Source: Aplysia californica
Taxonomy: Eukaryota
NCBI RefSeq assembly: GCF_000002075.1
Contig: NW_004797607.1
Span: forward strand, 274,289 to 338,288
DNA: 64,000 bases
Direction: 5' to 3'
Below, piece by piece: positions 1-12,900 of this stretch; position 1 is the stretch's first letter; every line of letters starts with the position of its first letter. Position numbers and translations under genes: made by a program. The notes under the pieces were generated by a model. It was not told the DNA's origin, made no database searches, and saw only the letters and a program-made list of their open reading frames with translations.

Positions 1-3000
1 TTTGGCAGATTTCCAAAAGTATGAAATAAATGCATGCCAACTTGACAGTTGAAGTCATTTTTGTCACAGTTTTACAAAATTGATGATTGTAATTTGGGTA
101 TCAGATTACAGGCATGTCTTTTTTGGCCTTTCAAGCTGGCAAGAAAAATTTGACCGAATTTTCTACCGGTTTGGGTTCCAAAGTTGTAGTACATTGGAGA
201 AAAGGGAGTGGGGGTGTCTAAAAAGAAGAATGTGGAGAAAATCTAGGCTAATGTTTGGAAAGAGAAAGCAACTGAACTCCCTAGTGACCAGTGGCCTATA
301 TACATGTTTGCCATTCTTGGGCCTGTTGATGTGTCAGAACTGATGAGAGATTTTTATAGTTTAAAATCTCTTCAGTTTTTATCCTATTTCTAAAAACAGC
401 TGAATCCCCCCCCCCCCCCCCCCTCACCCCGTCATCTCGAACACCCCTGGCATACTGATGTGGTTTCTGCTAACTCTGACAAAGCTTTTAGTGCTACCAT
501 TTCCATTAAATGTGCTGTACTCGTTTCCAAAAGATTAAAATACCTCTCAATTTTTTAATATAATGAAAAGAATCAAGTCTTGCTCATATTGTTAAAGTCA
601 TAGAGAAGCTTTTGTTTTATTTTTTCTTCTTTTTTCTTTCGTCTTTCCCTCTTTTGCTTTTCTTGTTAGTTTTAGGTACTCTTCCCTTATAATTAAGGAC
701 TATCCTGCATAATTTAGACAATTTCACTGGTGTAAATGTTTAGTTTGTTATGTCTCTAGGGTCAACATTTTTGTGTTGCTGAGTGTCCTTTTGATCCTAG
801 AAACCTTTGCCCAGTTAGATGTTACTTCTCTACTAATATGGTGGGTGTTAAAAATTCAGGTGTCGTCCTGCTTTCACCGAATTTGATACTTGTTTGAAGG
901 GATAACAGTAAGACTTTAAATTTCTCAACAGCTGACATGTTGTCACAAAATACGAATCGCTAAATCTGCTTTTCTTTTTCCTTGTGTAATCAATGTACAG
1001 GTTGCTTCCCATTCTTATTGTGTATAAATCTTACGTCTCTTCAGTTTGCGCTTTGCATAGTCATGTATATAGGCCTACTATAGAAAGCATTTTTGTAAAC
1101 TCTATTTATCCAGGGTTGTACATATTCATATCTCTCCTTTGGATTTGTCTTGTCTTGGGTAGTTTTTTTCTATTTTTTTCAACTAAGCTGCTGTCCAAAG
1201 AATCTTTTAGAACAAAAGACAATAGTTCTTACATCATTTCAGAGACTGAAGTAATGAAATTGGGGGAATTGATAAATTTTGTAGAAGCCAGAGGGAAGCT
1301 CTAAATCACTAAGATCCATACGCCAAACCCCCATCCCTCCCCTGATGGAGTACTTTTTGATAATTTGGTGTTTTGTGTGAAATACTTTAGTACGGGGGGG
1401 GGTTTACTGCACATATTGTATTTGTGTTTTTATGTTATGTGATTATTGGTTGGGGTTTTTTGTGTTGTTTGTGTGTGTGTGGAGGGGGTGGAGGACTGAA
1501 AACAAATTACGTTCTATCTCCCTTCCTATGATGGTCTTTTTAATTTGCTGAAAACTTTGTTACCCAGCTGGAAGCTAAAGACGGTTGATTTTAATTCTAA
1601 GACAGCAAATAAAGTAATGAAACTTTCGAGTACAATCGATACCTCTTTGTTCTGTCAAGAAGGCTACCTGACCCAAAAGTAGAATAAAACTGGGGGGTTT
1701 TTTTTATATCAGTACATTTGTTTTGTTATGCGCTTTTTTTCTAGGACATGCAGCGATGTATGGGCCTGTCTTGCCATCATAGATGACTTGAATGAATTTA
1801 CTACTTTGTTTCTGACCGCTTTTATTATTTTTGTTCAGCTGTGCTCATCTGCTTCTAGAATTCTAGGCATAATATCCTGTTTCTACATCTTCTGTATCAT
1901 TCACCGGTCAGTCTCGCAACTGGTTCTTGGATACAAGCATAACTCTGTATATTTCTCGCAGTTGTTGTACTGAATGGAATTTTGCGTTTTGTTTGTTTCA
2001 TTCACTGTATTTAACCATTCTTAATCTGTTTCATTTCACATTTATCCTCATATTTTTTACCTCGGGTTGCTGATAACCTCGAGATTTTGTTTCAGAGAAT
2101 ATAGTTTTTTAGACTGGTGTATGTTTCCACTTCGGTGGAATTTACCAAATTCTGTATAAATTTGTATATATGAGAATAGTTTATGTCCCACTTTTTGAAG
2201 GATCAGCGTTTCTTTTTGCTCGCTCTTCAGAAAGTTTGAAGTATCCTGCCTCGTCCACAGAGTAAACCTAATGTGATTAGATACAATATGGCTTGTTGTT
2301 AAAAAAATGTTACCAAATATCTCCATCTTTTAACTGGGATGTTGTATCCTTTTGAGCCCAGGGTAGAAGCTGCCCACTGTCTGAATGGTCTGAGTTGTTT
2401 CTATGGGGTTAAGAGAAAATTTGCTGCCCATTATTTTGTGGATGATATGTCTCTTGATAAAAGGTTGAAAACCCAAAACGTTTTGAGTAAAATTTTAGGT
2501 AATAGATTGAACTGTTTCTGTTTGCATCCAAGGAATATTTTAGGATCCTATTGGGATTTTTACAATTTTACTGCAAGGCTGGACTGTTCTAGAGAAGAGT
2601 TGATGTATTGTGCTCTGCTTAGCATTGAATTCTGTTATAATATTTGATAACGGTGTTTCTTCTTTCTTATGTGACATTTTTACAGTGCATGTTATACCAC
2701 ACTAGTACATTCTGATTTGATATAATGTTGTCTTTCATCTTCATAGCTGAAGAATTTCAAATAACTTGCACAAAAAAGTGGGATGGTGGGGGGGTTGGTG
2801 TAGAATTAAATTTTAACCAGATTATTTGTGTTGAAAATCCAATCATGTATTATCTTAAAGAATTTTGTGTATTTCCATTGGAAATTTTTTCTGTTAAAAA
2901 AGTATTAAACACATTTACAAACTATTCTCTTGCCAAAAATATTGAAAATTTTGTGCTTTGATGGAGCAGAACCAGTGTTGGATTGAGGGGAGAAATACAT

Positions 3001-3482
3001 TGTATGTTGTTTTGTAACAAATGCAGTAGACATCAATCTGGAAAGAACTGAGAAGTAGAAGTAATGGGGGGGGGGGGAGGTTAATGAAGGAAAACATTTT
3101 ACAAATTGTTTTCCACTTTTAGCATACTTTCACTTTGCCTTTTTAGGTTGGCTAATTAGCATGCTTTTTTTTCTCCTTTGCTTTAAGGAAGAAAGAGCAA
3201 GCAGTGCGTCATGTATATGTTGCTGCTTAGTGACTGTTTTCAGAGGTTGACTCATTGCCTTTTGACAGGAGACATGGGTGTTTCATTTCTTCCTTGAGTT
3301 TCCTCTCTCCTTGACAGGGGTAAGAAATAAGGTCATTGAGTCGTTTGATAATAACTTGATTATGTTTGTATGAGTCTTTAACTTTGGTTGTTTTTTTCCC
3401 CCTCTTCTTCCCCTGTGCTGCCCTCTTATCCAACCACCTCCTGACCCCTCCAACATGAACACACATACTCTCACTCACAAAT

Positions 3483-3638
3483 NNNNNNNNNNNNNNNNNN
3501 NNNNNNNNNNNNNNNNNNNNNNNNNNNNNNNNNNNNNNNNNNNNNNNNNNNNNNNNNNNNNNNNNNNNNNNNNNNNNNNNNNNNNNNNNNNNNNNNNNNN
3601 NNNNNNNNNNNNNNNNNNNNNNNNNNNNNNNNNNNNNN
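3483..3638. other. Assembly gap (others: 57752-57851, 60970-61122, 61689-61788)
   Basis: Runs of N. Confidence 0.99.
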
Positions 3639-3677
3639 TCTCACATACACACTCTTTCACAAACTGGGCCTGTGCAG

Positions 3678-3919
3678 ACCTATCAGAGACCCAGCAACAG
3701 CTCCTGGACATCAACCAGCGCTACGAGATCCTGGGAGAGCGGCTGGCGGAGAGACAACAAGAGCTCCAGGCCGTCCTGGCCTCCATACGCAGCTTCAGTC
3801 AGGACATGCAGGAGGTTATCTCGTGGCTAGAGGTCAAGGACAGACAAATGACGGATGCTGGCTCCTCAGGAATCCCGGCCAGTGAGAAGTCTGCCAAGAA
3901 AATGCTGAAGAAGCATGAG
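3678..3919 (+). CDS. MACF1: Spectraplakin exon 1 in window (spectrin repeat)
   Basis: tgtgcag|AC..GAG|gtggga; [19 protein letters not shown]...MLKKHE; phase 1-0. Confidence 0.88.
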
Positions 3920-4157
3920 GTGGGATTTCTGTTTCTGTACTGTGTTCCCAAGGAGAGGGGGTTTATGTTACTGGTGAGGAGGATTGTGCTGCTTTAAAGA
4001 AAAAGACACAAACTTCCCTCTCAAGTAAATTTGCAGTGCAGATCTTTTTCCCTTTGCTCGGGTTCATTTATTTTTTTCCTTTTTTTTTTTTTTTTGTTCT
4101 ACTGTTTGTATCGAAGACAAATCATAAGGTGTCAAGACTTTTTTCTCATTCCATGAA

Positions 4158-4208
<51 letters not shown>

Positions 4209-6866
4209 TTTGGGGAGGGGGGGGGGGGGGGAGGGATTGAGTTGCTGAGTGACAGCTTGTTGTATGCTCTAACAATTTATTTCAAAGTTTCGATTTTTGT
4301 TTCCTTTTCTTACTGATTCAGAACAGTACTTACCGTAGCTAAAATAAAGACTATGGCTTTACTTAACTCATGTGTCATTAACATAGCAAGTGCCACAGAA
4401 GAAATTGGTTAGGAAAAAAGTTTGGCTTCATGGCCTCCGTACAAATGTCAAGTAAAAGAATCGATGACATTGGGTTTTTTTTGTGCCTTTCAGGAGTTCC
4501 ACCGCGAGCTGCTCAGCAAAGAGGGTCTGGTGGAGGACATCAGGAAGAAGGCCCAGGAGGTGATCAAATCCCGGCCGGGCGTGGCAGGACTTGACAGTCT
4601 ACAGTCTCAGCTTGGTGACCTCGGTACATTGACCTTTTCTTGCTCTAATGAGGGAATGGGAGAGAGATGGTTGGGAGTGGGCTGGGAGCTCAGAGAATGA
4701 CAAAACAACAGGGTGTGCAGATTTCTTGGTATACAGAGAACATGCGCTAATGGCCACCTGTCCCAGACAATGGCCTGTACAAGGAACCACTTCCCATTGC
4801 CCCATAGCGTTTTTAAAAAATATATTATAATGACACTGTCCATGACATCCACCTATCTAAGTTAACCACTTTTTTCCTTGACAGTTTATGGCTGTGTTGA
4901 ACAATTTTACTGTAGTTTCATTAGAGCTGGGGATGTGGGCTCGGGTTTTGTGTATGTGTTGGGGGAGAGGTGATTATGACATTTTTCTGTGACTTGTCAT
5001 TTAGTTGTGACAAGACAAATAGATGTTGATGACAAATGCATGTTCTGATTTTAAAATAAATACAAGCACTAAAATGTATATATATTTACAATCTGCCCTA
5101 GGAAAATATAATCTTTGTACTTTCATTGAAAAAAAATGGTTTTTTGACACTTTCACACACTTGAGCAATGTTGTCCTGAACCATATCTCCCAATTGTTTG
5201 ACATCACAGATGACAAATGGCATGGCCTCCGGGCAGTGTCTGAGGAGCGACGTAAGGGCCTGGAGGACGCGGTCAGCGACTTGCGGGACTTCCGCGAGCA
5301 CGAGGACCAGCTGAGTCGCTGGTTCGGCCAAAAAGAGAAGTTGATGGATGTACTAGGTCCCGTGGCGATGGAGCCCTCACTGCTCAAGTCACAGATGGAG
5401 CAAGTCAAGGTGAGTTCTTTTCCTTGAGGTCTACACCCTCAGCCATATATTATTATACACACCCCTCCCCACATAATCACTGTGAACCTTTCATGCCCTC
5501 TTTGACACATTTGTACTTGGTTTGACCAAGCCTTTCCAGAACGAATTTGGTTTCACATCCCAGACAAAAGACTGAGACACTTTATTAAATACTTTTTACC
5601 CCCACTGGAGTCACACTCACATATCTGCATGCAATAATTAAGTTCTTAATGATTGTGTCACAGATGCTGAAACGAAAATGTTAAGTTTCAGTTGAGTGTT
5701 GTTGGAGCTATGATGGAAAACAATTTTGCGACTTTTCTGTATAGTTTTCATTTGTCTTGCAAGCTCCTTTTTAAAATTGTGGGTACTGCTTTGTTTTCAG
5801 GTGTTGAAGGAAGAATTCAAGACCCAAGAAGCAACGTTTGACCAATTCATAAACTGTGGTCAAAATATCATGGACTGGTGCGACCCCCACTCTCCGGAGG
5901 GCTCTGGCATCAGCAAACGCATGGACAACGTCAGCAAAACCTGGAACAAGCTGCAAGGTAATGCAAGAACAAACTAATGATATAATTTTAAGTTTCGTCT
6001 GTTCTGATAAAGAGAAATATGATTACTTTGTTTCAGCACTGTCACTGTGGGGCCTGATGATGACTTAGATGGTATCATGCAAGACTATGAAGTGAATGAT
6101 CCTGGCTCAAATCTTCAAGGGGTTGTTCATGAACACAGTTTGTTTCGAAAGTTACCAATCAATTTGATTCAGTCCTTTCAAAGATATACCATTATCTACA
6201 GTTATGGTGTAATACTCTCGTGAATACAACTGCATTTTGTGTTTAAAAAAAGGGGGGGGAGGGAGGGAAAGTGTGGATCGTGTGCAAGCCAAAATGAAAA
6301 AAAATTCCCTACAAAAAAAATCAATCAGTTCCACTGTTTGTTGATGACTCAACATGTGTTGGTGTATTCATCTCATCAGGGCGGCTGAAAGAGAGAGAAA
6401 AGAACATCGACTCAGTCCAGGGGGTCAGCGGAGAGTTCTCCAAGGTCACGCGAGACCTGGCCGATTGGCTGGGAGACTTCAGTGACCGAATGGACAGACT
6501 GCCCAAGGTCAGCTCACAACCGGATAAACAAACAGCTCAGAAGCAAGAGATGCAGGTCAGTGGTGGACTTTCGGGCAGTTGGAGTTTTTGTCCTTAAGAT
6601 TCTACTAGACTTACCACTTTTTCTCCAAACCTTGGAACTTTACAGAATATGAACTGTTCTTTTTTTTTAGGGGGTGGGGGGCGGGAGAGAATAACATGGT
6701 TAGTTACCTGATTTTGTCAGATTTCTTTGAAAATAATGATAATAATATGTAACATTTATATAGCGCATTTCCAAAAAAGTAGCTCAATGTGCTTTATATT
6801 GGAATACCCATTTTCAAAAAACTTTCTTACTACTTCCTTTCTTCTCATGCAATATATATTTATGCA

Positions 6867-6922
<56 letters not shown>

Positions 6923-9900
6923 CTATTTTCATTCAGACGTAGTCACAGAACAACCATAATGAAAAATTATGCTAAAAGCTTATGAAGGATAGGCCTGTAG
7001 GAACAGAAAATGCTTAAGATATTTTTTTACATGTACAAATGACCACTACTGATTTAGCCCTTTGTGTTTTTTCTTGATTATAATGACACTATCCAAGACA
7101 ACCATTTTTTCTCCTCTCAATGGCCATCTTGGACAATTTCCACTGTATTCCCCCACTTCCAAATGATGAGGGTGCACTCATCATTGCATGAGCAGTAAGA
7201 ATACAATGGGAACTCCTATGTAAGAGGCCTCAAAAATGTTTTTAATCTGTGTTTGTTTGGTCTGTAGGATCTTGAGCAAGAGATGCAAGAGCATCTTCCA
7301 GCCGTGGGCCGAGCCAAGGAACTGTGTAAACAGCTGTGTGACTCAGCCAAGGACCCTGCCACCAAGTCAGACTTACGATCAAAGATGGCTGCCTTGGACA
7401 AAGATCTCAACGACACACTGAAGAAATTGGGTGAATTATTTTTTCTTTAATTCTTGTCTTTTATGGTGAAAATATAGTCTGCAATCTCCCTGTTCCATTC
7501 AGTTGTTCTCTTTTTTGAGTCTGATATTATAATGGTTCTGTGCTAAGACACTTTGTTGCTATTGTCTCAGCTACATCAATGTCTTTTCTATTTGCTATTC
7601 TCATAATCTTCTTATTGTGGAAAGTAAATTGTCTCAAGATAGGACTACTAAGGTTATACTTAGTTATAAATTTGTGTATGTGGGTTTAGGCTTGTATACT
7701 ATCGACAAATTACTATTAGAGGAAAGGTGCTATCTGATCCAAACTTTTAAAACTATTCGATTTGTGCACGTAAATTACAGGATAATAATATTCAATGGTA
7801 AATTTTCTTTCTGTTGCATACATATTTCCTTGGAGAAAATCATAAAGGAAGATCTACTGCAAATTCTTATAATATTCTTGTTCCGAAAATAATATGAAGT
7901 TTCAAGTTGTTTTACTGTCAAGAACAGTGTGTTAATTAATGTGTGATTTGGAATATTCTAGAATCCCGCGCAGAAGCCCTGGAAGCTGCCACACAGGCAG
8001 GCAAAGAGTTCAACGCCGATTGTCAGCAGATGTTGAACTGGATCCAGACCACGTCAGCCATTGTGATGGATGCCCCGGCACTGACCAGCGACGCAGACTT
8101 GATCCAGAGACAAGCTACGGAGAACAAGGTGAGCAGTGGACTTTCAGTGTAGAGAACAAGCCACACACACTTGGAGTTCTGCAGTTTAGTTTATAGTTTT
8201 GTCTGATAGTCAACCCGTTAGAACCAATGAGCTCTGTAAACTTGGTATGGTATGTACAGAGAAAAGATTATGTCATTTAGTGAGAGGAATTATTTCCTTC
8301 ATTTGGCACCCCAGTCTTGATATAATTACTAACTCTCAAGGGATAGCAATAAAGATGATGATAAGTAAATCTCTGCATATGTTCTTTATGACTATATTCT
8401 TCACTCCTCTCTTTCTCTCTGATGAGGCAAGCATGATTAAAAAGCTTGTGACCGTAGTCTTCAAAACTTTTTTTCAATCCCACATAAAGTGTTTTCTGAA
8501 CATTGCATAGTTTGAAGATTATTTGTCCTTCTTTGTCCTGTTTTTTTTTCTCTGTGTTCAATTCAATTTAAGAATCCCATATTTATTACTCGGGAAAGAA
8601 GTGAGCCTATATTCTGTGTCCTCCCTTATGAATGTCTTTTTGCTTGTTGAGTAGGGCTATATCTCCGTCTCAAACTCTTTTTCTTCAGAATTTAAAGCAA
8701 GATCTCAAGTCTCGAGAGCCTGACATCCATGTGCTCCTGGACAAAGGTCACAAGTTCCTTCAGGATGCTTCCCCCACGGAAGAGACACGCGCTCTAAGGG
8801 AAACGCTGGAGAGACTTGGGGCTGAGTGGGGAGAACTCAAGGAAACTGTGAGTGCCCAGGGGATTTTTTGTGTGTGTTATTTATTTGTTGAAGGGGTGGG
8901 GTGGGGAGTAAGCATAAGCATATACTAGCATATCTGTGTTCCTCAGTGGGGGTGAGTGAGCATATGTTTGCGTATCTTGGTTTGTCAGTATTACAAGATG
9001 TACTTCACAAATGTGAGAGAAGTGTGTGTTCATACCTTTGTAAATGTTGATGACATTTTTTAATTCAAATTTTTGTGTGATGAATGTTTCTACCCCTTAA
9101 ACATCCACTATTTTGCAAGGAAGTAAATACCACTTTGTGTGAAAAAAATGCCCTGGAGAATATATTCACTTTATAGAAAGAGATCCTGCCATATTTAAGA
9201 TTTTGCCTGTCATGTAAATGAAGACTTGATTGTCTGAAAAGAGTCAAAGACTTAGGACAGCCTCCAACTCTCCCACACTGTCCACAGGTGGAGGAGAGAG
9301 ACACAAAGATCAGCTCAGCCGCAGCCAATGCCCAAGCATTCCAACAGAGCCTGGACAAGATGCTTTGGTGGTTGGGCAATGCTGAGGACAAAATGAAGCG
9401 ACTCACACCAGACACATTCGATAAGGCCACTGTCTCAGGGAAAATGAAGGAGTTACAGGTAAGATTTTGTTGTTCAAGTTTTTTTTTTTTTATGTAGGTG
9501 TTTTTATGCCACCATCAACACAATTTAGATCATTTTGAAGGCGAGCTTCGACCCTGCCTGTCAGGGCCATCATGGGCTGAAAAGGATATAACATCCCAAC
9601 TGAAAGACCAAGATACTCGAAAATTACTCTGGAATCAAACTCAGGTCTCCTGCATGTGACAGCAAAGTGCTTAATGACTACACCACAGAAGCCTATCATT
9701 ATGCTGTGTGTGTAGTTGAAGTTAACAAGATGGTAAATCAATCACACATCTCAGTCAAAAGGATAATGATTAGGGTCTTTACAGTTTGAGCTAAGGGTCG
9801 GAGTTCCATGCAAATGCCTGTGTCTTTGTAGAGACATGGATTGGGTTGGCTCAAACAGGCAGGGCCAAAATCTAGACTGGGTCAGTGGGGGATAAGAATG

Positions 9901-12900
9901 TTTTATTGCATCTATGTATATTTAATTGACCCTGTAGAACAAAATATTTATATTCTCACGAAACAGGCTGGAGGATTTAAATAGTTTGCTGTCCCTCCAG
10001 CAGAGAAAGCAACGCCTCCTCGGATAGGATGCTGCGCACAATCTACATCCTATTTGGCATATAGGTGGCATCTTTTTGCTTTCCTGACAGTGCCTTCTGC
10101 CCCACTCTCTTTGACACCAGTCTGTCGAATTATGGCTGCTGCTAAACCACAAAAACGCCTTTGCTTGGATTCTGCCTTCAAAAGGACCTATTTATGTTTA
10201 CTAGGGTGTTAAACTCTTGTGCAAAAAAGAAAAAAAATCAAATTGTTTACCCAACATGACCTTTGATCTACCCAGGCTCTTCAGAATGAGGTGTTGAGGA
10301 AGTCACATGATCATGACAATCTGAACCGTGAAGCAGACAACTTGCTGGAGGCTGTGGAAGACCCGCACGGAGAACTGCGTCACCAAGTGGAGGAGATCAA
10401 TCGCAGATGGGACAACATCAGCTCAGGTCAGGCTTAGTGGGATGGGTTGTGTCTATAATGTCTATACCTATGTTTTAGGCTCTACAGGACTATTGTTATT
10501 CTTTCATGTTTATATTTTACTTTGTTCAAACGTTTTGGCTTGGCATTCTTTATAACTTTTGCCTGACAAGACACCATGAGGGCATTTTCAGCAGAATATA
10601 AAGATAAAAATTTGGGAACTTGCACTCACAGCTTGTACTAGTATGTGATAGAGTGCAATATAAATGCTATCTATTATTATTGTTATTTTGAAAGAGTTCG
10701 GTGGAAAATTATCTGCAAATTGTCAGTATGTTTACATACACTAAAGTAACCAACCGTGCCAGGTTTAAATTGCTCAAAATCAAATATTTTGCATGTGCTA
10801 AAATTAGGAACCAAAGTCTAATGATAAAAAATTCCCTACATAAGGGTACCAGCGGCTCAACAGACAATTTACTTCAGCTGAAAGCTGTCACATTATTAAC
10901 CCTTGGTGCTTCCATTTTTATTTCATGGTACATTCACATTATAAATTCTGGATGTATTTATCTGCTGCTGATTTATTTTTTTCAATGAAAAAAGACAAAA
11001 ATTTACCTTTATTTATTGTAAGTGAAGAGAGATTTGCTTTGATTTGGTCTGTATTTTTTAACCATATTATTATGCTATGAATTGTCTTACGTCTGATGGA
11101 TATTGTTTTGAACATGAGCACTTGATTGTCTATTGCACAATCTGGCCTTTTCCTCATCTGAGGTTATCACATCTTGTTGGAATTCAAGAACTTTTGACTC
11201 AGTTCATCTGTTTGTTTTGCCTTGAATTAACGCTGGTTAGGTTTTCTACTTTTGTTACTCCAGGTCTGGGCGAAAAATCCCAAAGCTTGGAGGATCTTCA
11301 AGGCCGTTTAGCAGAAATTGAGGACAACATGTCGGACGCCAAACACAACTTGACGCGCTGGGAGGACAAACTGGCAGCTCATATGGACATGGGCACTGCG
11401 GCCAGGGACCCCAAGCATATTGACAAAATCAAAGTAAGAGACATGACATGATTTACTTATCTCGCTGCTTTTCAATGTTTTATGGTCGTTAGAAATCCCC
11501 GTAAACACCTGATCTGAGTTATTCTTCCACTGTGGTCTCAAAAGGAGGATGTAATTACCTGCTGGTTGGTGGTACTCCAGTAACCCTTATGCCTGTATCT
11601 TTCCAATAATGCCACAGTGTAGAGGGTTCAAATCTCTGCCACTGAGTTCAATTCCCATATGGGGAAGATATTTGATCCTATATCTCCATCTTTCTGCTGG
11701 GATATATTCCATGAACTTTTGAATGACATGCTACCTGTCGGTAATTGGCAGGTGTTCTGATATGGCTTGCTCCTCTCTTCCTATTAAACATCCATCATCG
11801 TTATCTCTTCTCCTTTTTTGTGTTTGTTACTCTGTAGTAATAAAACCTTTAACATTCGACACTAATATGATCTATTTGTGTCGCAAGTCCTGTAAAACTC
11901 TTAAAGAAAACTAAAACAAAAGTCTCCGACACTGAGTTCAGTTCCCATATAGGGAAAATATTTTATCCTATATTTCCGTATTTCTGCAAGTATATATCCC
12001 ATAGGCTACCAAAATGATCTGCATTGTGTTGATACGAGAGTAACACATTAACGGTTATTTATTGTCTGTCTTTGTCTGACCCAGGCTTTACAAGACGATG
12101 TCTCAGGCCTCACCTCCCAGTTGGACTATCTCGACGCCCTGGTGGAAGGAGTTGACCTTAACGACAACGCCGACCCCACTGAACTTCAGAACCAGGCCAA
12201 GGTTGTCCGAGACCGACACAGCCAGCTGGAGAATGAGGTGGGAGAGCTGCTGACCAACATGGAGACTGGCTCCTCCATCGTGTCTCAGTTCCAGGTATGG
12301 GAATTTTGAAGTGATAGTTTATTGTCTGATACAACAAAAAGTTTGCTGAATAAGCTGCATCCCATTGCTTTAGGTGGTTGGTAGGCTATCTGGTGAATCT
12401 TGCTTCTTTTTTAATCTTCTGTATGATTATTTTTCCTAGCCCTTTCCTGCCATGGCACAAGCGGGGTGGATGTGGTAACAATTAAATTTCTTACCCCTGG
12501 GTTACTGTTAAAACCTGGATCTTTTCTTGCCAACTCATTTTACATCACACTGCTACAAGTTGGCAAAATATCAAGTGTGGCTATGTGGGTTCTACAACTA
12601 TTATATGAAGTTATTGGAGTCATCTTTTCGTTTTTATTCTTTGTTTTGAATTTAAGTAAAGCGGCACCTACATATAGATAGCTGGCACCTCTATAAAATG
12701 ATAAACTAATTAGTTCTTATGTTTCTTTTTAATGCCCTTTGCATGGACAAACGGGATATAATTGAATTACATTATTTTATATCGATGAAATGTACATGTT
12801 TCATTTCCTCCCCAGGACATGCTGAAAAATGTGTCAGGCCAAATGACAGAGCTGGACTCGGAGTTGTCCCAGATGACACCTGTGTCCAGGGATGAAGACG

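Noticed and set aside
80-3480. Short ORFs in the first 3.5 kb and the many 60-170 aa intronic/intergenic ORFs in the track
   Set aside because: AT-rich or low-complexity (microsatellite-derived) translations with no recognisable domain or splice-consistent chain.
11633-12020. About 90-bp direct repeat flanking a family A copy, as a giant TSD
   Set aside because: The copies are diverged and resemble fragments of an old SINE also seen near 2300 and 32150; more simply explained as repeat remnants.
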